Shown: in pieces, positions 60,814-64,000 of the stretch
Layout of the letters: every line of letters starts with the position of its first letter
How positions within the stretch are numbered: position 1 is the first letter of the stretch
Assembly (NCBI GenBank): GCA_038213805.1
Contig: JBBQSO010000011.1
Coordinates: forward strand, 24,689 to 88,688
Direction of reading: 5' to 3'
Length of the DNA stretch: 64,000 nt
From: Planctomycetota bacterium
GTDB taxonomy: Bacteria > Planctomycetota > UBA11346
The notes under the pieces: model-generated
The model's database searches: none
Told to the model about the DNA's origin: nothing
Seen by the model: only the letters and a program-made list of their open reading frames with translations
Made by a program: the position numbers and the translations under genes

Positions 60814-62199
60814 TCACTCCTTCACCCGCACCGCCGTCACCAGCAGGTCGTCCGGTAGGCGCGCCCCCCAGCCCTCCTTCGCGCCGGCGATAACCTCGGC
60901 GACCATCGCCGGCACCGGCTTGCCGAGATTGGCTACGCAGCTGCCGAACACGGCGCGGTGGCCGTCGGCGAGGTCGTTGCGGTCAAAGCCCTGGGCCACG
61001 CCGTCGCTGGCGTAAAGAAACAGGTCGCCGGGCTGCAGCTGGATCGAGATCGGGCGCAGGGTGTCGCGGAAAGCCTGGCCGTGGCTGGTGCCCAGGGCGT
61101 GGCCGTCCGTGTGCAGGGTCTGCACCGCGACCGCGCGACTGGGGTTGGCGAGCAGTGCGGGGTGCGAGCCCATGCTCAGGCAGGTGAGGGTGCTGAAGGG
61201 GATGTTGATGACGGCGGCGAAGAGCTGGACGGCGCAGCCCGGCACCAGGTCGAGGCGCACCTGATCGTTGAGCGCGGCGACGAAGTCGGTGAGTTCCGGG
61301 CGGCTGCCGGCAAGGCGGCGCATGGTGCGCAGCGCGCTGGCTGCTCCGAGCGCGGCGCCCGGGCCGTCGCCGATGAATTCGCCGGCGGCGATCAGCAGCC
61401 GGTTGCGGTCGAGCGACAGGAAGTCGTAGAAGCTGCGCACGATCGCCGCGCGCGGTTCGCAGTGCACGACGATCTGGTAGCCGTCGAGCCGCGGCGGCTT
61501 GGCGAACATCTTCAGGCATTGGGACTTGATGTTGACGAAATCAGTGCGCGCCTTGCTGGGGCGCTGCTGCCCTGCACCGCCGGGTCGTACGATGGTGGTG
61601 GTCACCGGCCGCTGCGGAGGCTTACCGCCGACCGGGCGCGCGATCGGCGGCGTGGGCGGAATCACGGGTATGGCCTGCGGCGGACCCTTGGCGACAAGCT
61701 GGTCGATGCGGTATTTCTCAAGCATGCGACCAGTCTGCGCCTCGGGGCAGGTGGCGAGGGTGCGCGCCATGGCGTCGACGGTCTCACCGACCATGCGCCC
61801 CTCGAACAACGGCACCGTGGTTTCCCACTCGCCGGTGTAGGGATTGAGCCAGCAGTCGTCCTTGAAGATGCGCAGGGCCTCGACGAACTCGAGGTTGGCG
61901 CGCAGATAATGCAGCCAGCGCAGCGCGAGCAGCTCTCCGAGCAGTTTGGGCCGCAGACTGGTCCACGGCTGCTGACGGGTGAAGTAGGAGACCGCTTCCT
62001 GCTCGTGGCCGAAGGGCGTGGCCAGCACCTGACCAGTGTAGGGGTCGATCCAGCCGAGACCGTCCATGGTCAGCACCCGGAAGGCAGCGTCGTTCATCAG
62101 CGCATCGCGGATCGCTTCGGGCAGGGCGTCGGCCGGCGCCGGGCGGGCTGGGCGCGGCGGCGGGATACGGGGCGGCTTGCGGTACTGGCGTTGGGCCAT
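60814..62199 (-). CDS. SpoIIE/PP2C-fold protein, degenerate active site, with an unrecognised N-terminal domain
   Basis: FYDF, ALND, GSHPALL, LQPGDLFLYASDG, PDDL. Confidence 0.75.
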   Translation of the reverse strand: MAQRQYRKPPRIPPPRPARPAPADALPEAIRDALMNDAAFRVLTMDGLGWIDPYTGQVLATPFGHEQEAVSYFTRQQPWTSLRPKLLGELLALRWLHYLRANLEFVEALRIFKDDCWLNPYTGEWETTVPLFEGRMVGETVDAMARTLATCPEAQTGRMLEKYRIDQLVAKGPPQAIPVIPPTPPIARPVGGKPPQRPVTTTIVRPGGAGQQRPSKARTDFVNIKSQCLKMFAKPPRLDGYQIVVHCEPRAAIVRSFYDFLSLDRNRLLIAAGEFIGDGPGAALGAASALRTMRRLAGSRPELTDFVAALNDQVRLDLVPGCAVQLFAAVINIPFSTLTCLSMGSHPALLANPSRAVAVQTLHTDGHALGTSHGQAFRDTLRPISIQLQPGDLFLYASDGVAQGFDRNDLADGHRAVFGSCVANLGKPVPAMVAEVIAGAKEGWGARLPDDLLVTAVRVKE

Positions 62200-62316
62200 G
62201 GGTCACTGCTCCCGGGCGTGATGGTGCGCGCCCACCCACTGAGCCTAGCCGGGCGGAGCAGTCGGGAACCCCCGCCGCCCGCCCGGTACCCCGACTGAGT
62301 CACCGACCCAGGGTCC

Positions 62317-64000
62317 TCACTCGCAGCTCACCTCGACGCGGTGCTCGTTCCCGTCGTCGGCCAGGGCGATCCAGCCGTCGGCCTGCACCATGCCATCGCA
62401 GGCGACCCGCGCCGGGCCGCGTGTCACGATCACGCGGTAGGTCGCGCTGCGGTGGCGGTAGCGCAGGGTGAAACCGGGCCAACCATTGCGCAGGCAGGGG
62501 GCCACGCGCAGGCGACCGTCCGCGACGGTCAGGCCGAGCAGCGACTCGGTGATCAGGCGGTACATCCAGCCCGCGCTGCCGGTGTACCAGGTCCAGCCGC
62601 CGCGCCCGATGTGCGGCGCGACACCGTAGACGTCGGCGGCGGCCACGTAGGGCTCGACCCGGTACAACGCGATCGCGGCGGCGCTGTCGCCGTGGCGGAT
62701 GGGGTTGAGCAGGTCGAAGAGCTCCCACGCGCGCTGACGGTCGCCCAGCTGCGCGAAGGCCATCACCGTCCACAGCGCCGCGTGCGTGTACTGCCCGCCG
62801 TTCTCGCGCACGCCGGGCACGTAGCCCTTGATGTAGCCGGGGTCGAGGGTGCCCTTGTCGAAGGGCGGATCGAAGAGCTGGATGAGGCGCGCGTCGCGCC
62901 GCACCAGGCGGCGGTCGACCTGCTCCATGGCCAGGCGCGCGCGCTCGGGGTCGGCGATGCCGGACAGCACCGCCCAGCTCTGCGGCAGGGCGTCGATCTG
63001 GCATTCGTCGTTGGCCGCCGAGCCGAGCGGTGTGCCATCATCGAACCAGGCGCGGCGGTACCACTGGCCGTCCCAGGCGTTGCGCTCGACGGATTCGGCG
63101 AGGGTGCGCGCGTGGTTGCGGCACTCTACGGCGAAGGCCGCATCGCCGCGCACGCCGACCAGCGGCAGGAAGCGGTTGAGGACCTCGGCGAGGAAGAACG
63201 CCAGCCACACGCTCTCGCCCTGGCCCTTGATGCCGACCAGGTTCATGCCGTCGTTCCAGTCGCCGCAGCCCATCAGCGGCAGGCCATGCGCACCGGTGCG
63301 TAGGCCGTTGCGGATGGCGCGCACGCAGTGCTCGTAGAGGGGCACTGCCTCCTCGCCGCGCCCAGCGAGGTCGTAGTAGGCCTCCTCGTCCTCGTGCAGG
63401 GCGCGTCCGGTCAAGAAGGGCAGGCGCTCGTCGAGCACCGCGATGTCGCCGGTCACCGTGACGTAGCGCGCCACCGCCAGCGGCAGCCACAGGAAATCAT
63501 CGCTGAAGCGCGTGCGCACGCCGCGGTCGATGGGCGGGTGCCACCAGTGCTGCACGTCGCCTTCGGCGAACTGCCGGCCGGCGGCGCGCAGCAGGTGCGC
63601 GCGCGCCTGGCTCGGTTCGGCGTGGACCAGCGCCATGGCGTCCTGCAGCTGGTCGCGGAAGCCATAGGCGCCGCTCGCCTGATAGAAGGCCGATCGGGCC
63701 CAGACCCGGCACGCCAGGGTTTGGTAGGTGAGCCAACCGTTGAGCATGATGTCCATTGACCGGTCGGGCGACTTGACCTGGACCCCGCCGACGATGTCGT
63801 CCCAGAAGCCTTGAACCTGAGATAGCACCACGTCCAGGTCGGCTTGGCGGTAGCGTCCGATCAGCGACCGCGCCTCGGTCTCGTCCGACGCATCGCCAAG
63901 GAAGAACACAATCTCGGCGACCCCGTGCGGCTCGATCTCGATCATTGCCTGGAGAGCAGCGCAGGGGTCGAGCCCGGAGCCAACCCGGCCCGAGAAAACT
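62317..64000 (-). CDS. GH94 glycoside phosphorylase C-terminal region (NdvB/ChvB cyclic beta-1,2-glucan synthase-like); 5' end outside the window
   Basis: SGRVGSGLDPCAALQ, GAYGFRDQLQD, VQHWWHP, GDWNDGM, GVRENGGQYTHA, WYTGSAGW; the frame stays open to the window edge. Confidence 0.9.
   Translation of the reverse strand, partial: VFSGRVGSGLDPCAALQAMIEIEPHGVAEIVFFLGDASDETEARSLIGRYRQADLDVVLSQVQGFWDDIVGGVQVKSPDRSMDIMLNGWLTYQTLACRVWARSAFYQASGAYGFRDQLQDAMALVHAEPSQARAHLLRAAGRQFAEGDVQHWWHPPIDRGVRTRFSDDFLWLPLAVARYVTVTGDIAVLDERLPFLTGRALHEDEEAYYDLAGRGEEAVPLYEHCVRAIRNGLRTGAHGLPLMGCGDWNDGMNLVGIKGQGESVWLAFFLAEVLNRFLPLVGVRGDAAFAVECRNHARTLAESVERNAWDGQWYRRAWFDDGTPLGSAANDECQIDALPQSWAVLSGIADPERARLAMEQVDRRLVRRDARLIQLFDPPFDKGTLDPGYIKGYVPGVRENGGQYTHAALWTVMAFAQLGDRQRAWELFDLLNPIRHGDSAAAIALYRVEPYVAAADVYGVAPHIGRGGWTWYTGSAGWMYRLITESLLGLTVADGRLRVAPCLRNGWPGFTLRYRHRSATYRVIVTRGPARVACDGMVQADGWIALADDGNEHRVEVSCE

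Overview
High-GC (roughly 70% by eye) bacterial chromosomal segment, most likely from a Planctomycetota member. The taxonomy is an inference from the DUF1592/DUF1552-type pair, the multiple membrane Ser/Thr kinases and planctomycete-style secreted proteins. It holds about 48 genes; I found no rRNA, tRNA, CRISPR array, transposase or integrase. The main feature is an ~18 kb respiratory operon (42964-60737): alternative complex III (actABCDEF), a membrane-anchored monoheme cytochrome c and an A2-type (YSHP) aa3 oxidase. It carries Alphaproteobacteria/mitochondrion-style assembly genes (type-2 CtaA, Cox11-type CtaG, long CoxIII) and no SCO gene. Its ActC appears to lack a normally conserved Asp, and ActA has a long insertion. 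Other notable modules: a VIT-vWA/OmpR-regulator/sensor-kinase triad with a candidate operator; two divergent Ser/Thr kinases around a beta-barrel gene; an orphan 2-hydroxyacyl-CoA dehydratase subunit; a probable pseudo-phosphatase; a dispersed GACTTCCG repeat family that invades gene 3' ends; and repeated leaderless-type promoter architecture. All calls come from reading motifs by eye; no database searches were run.
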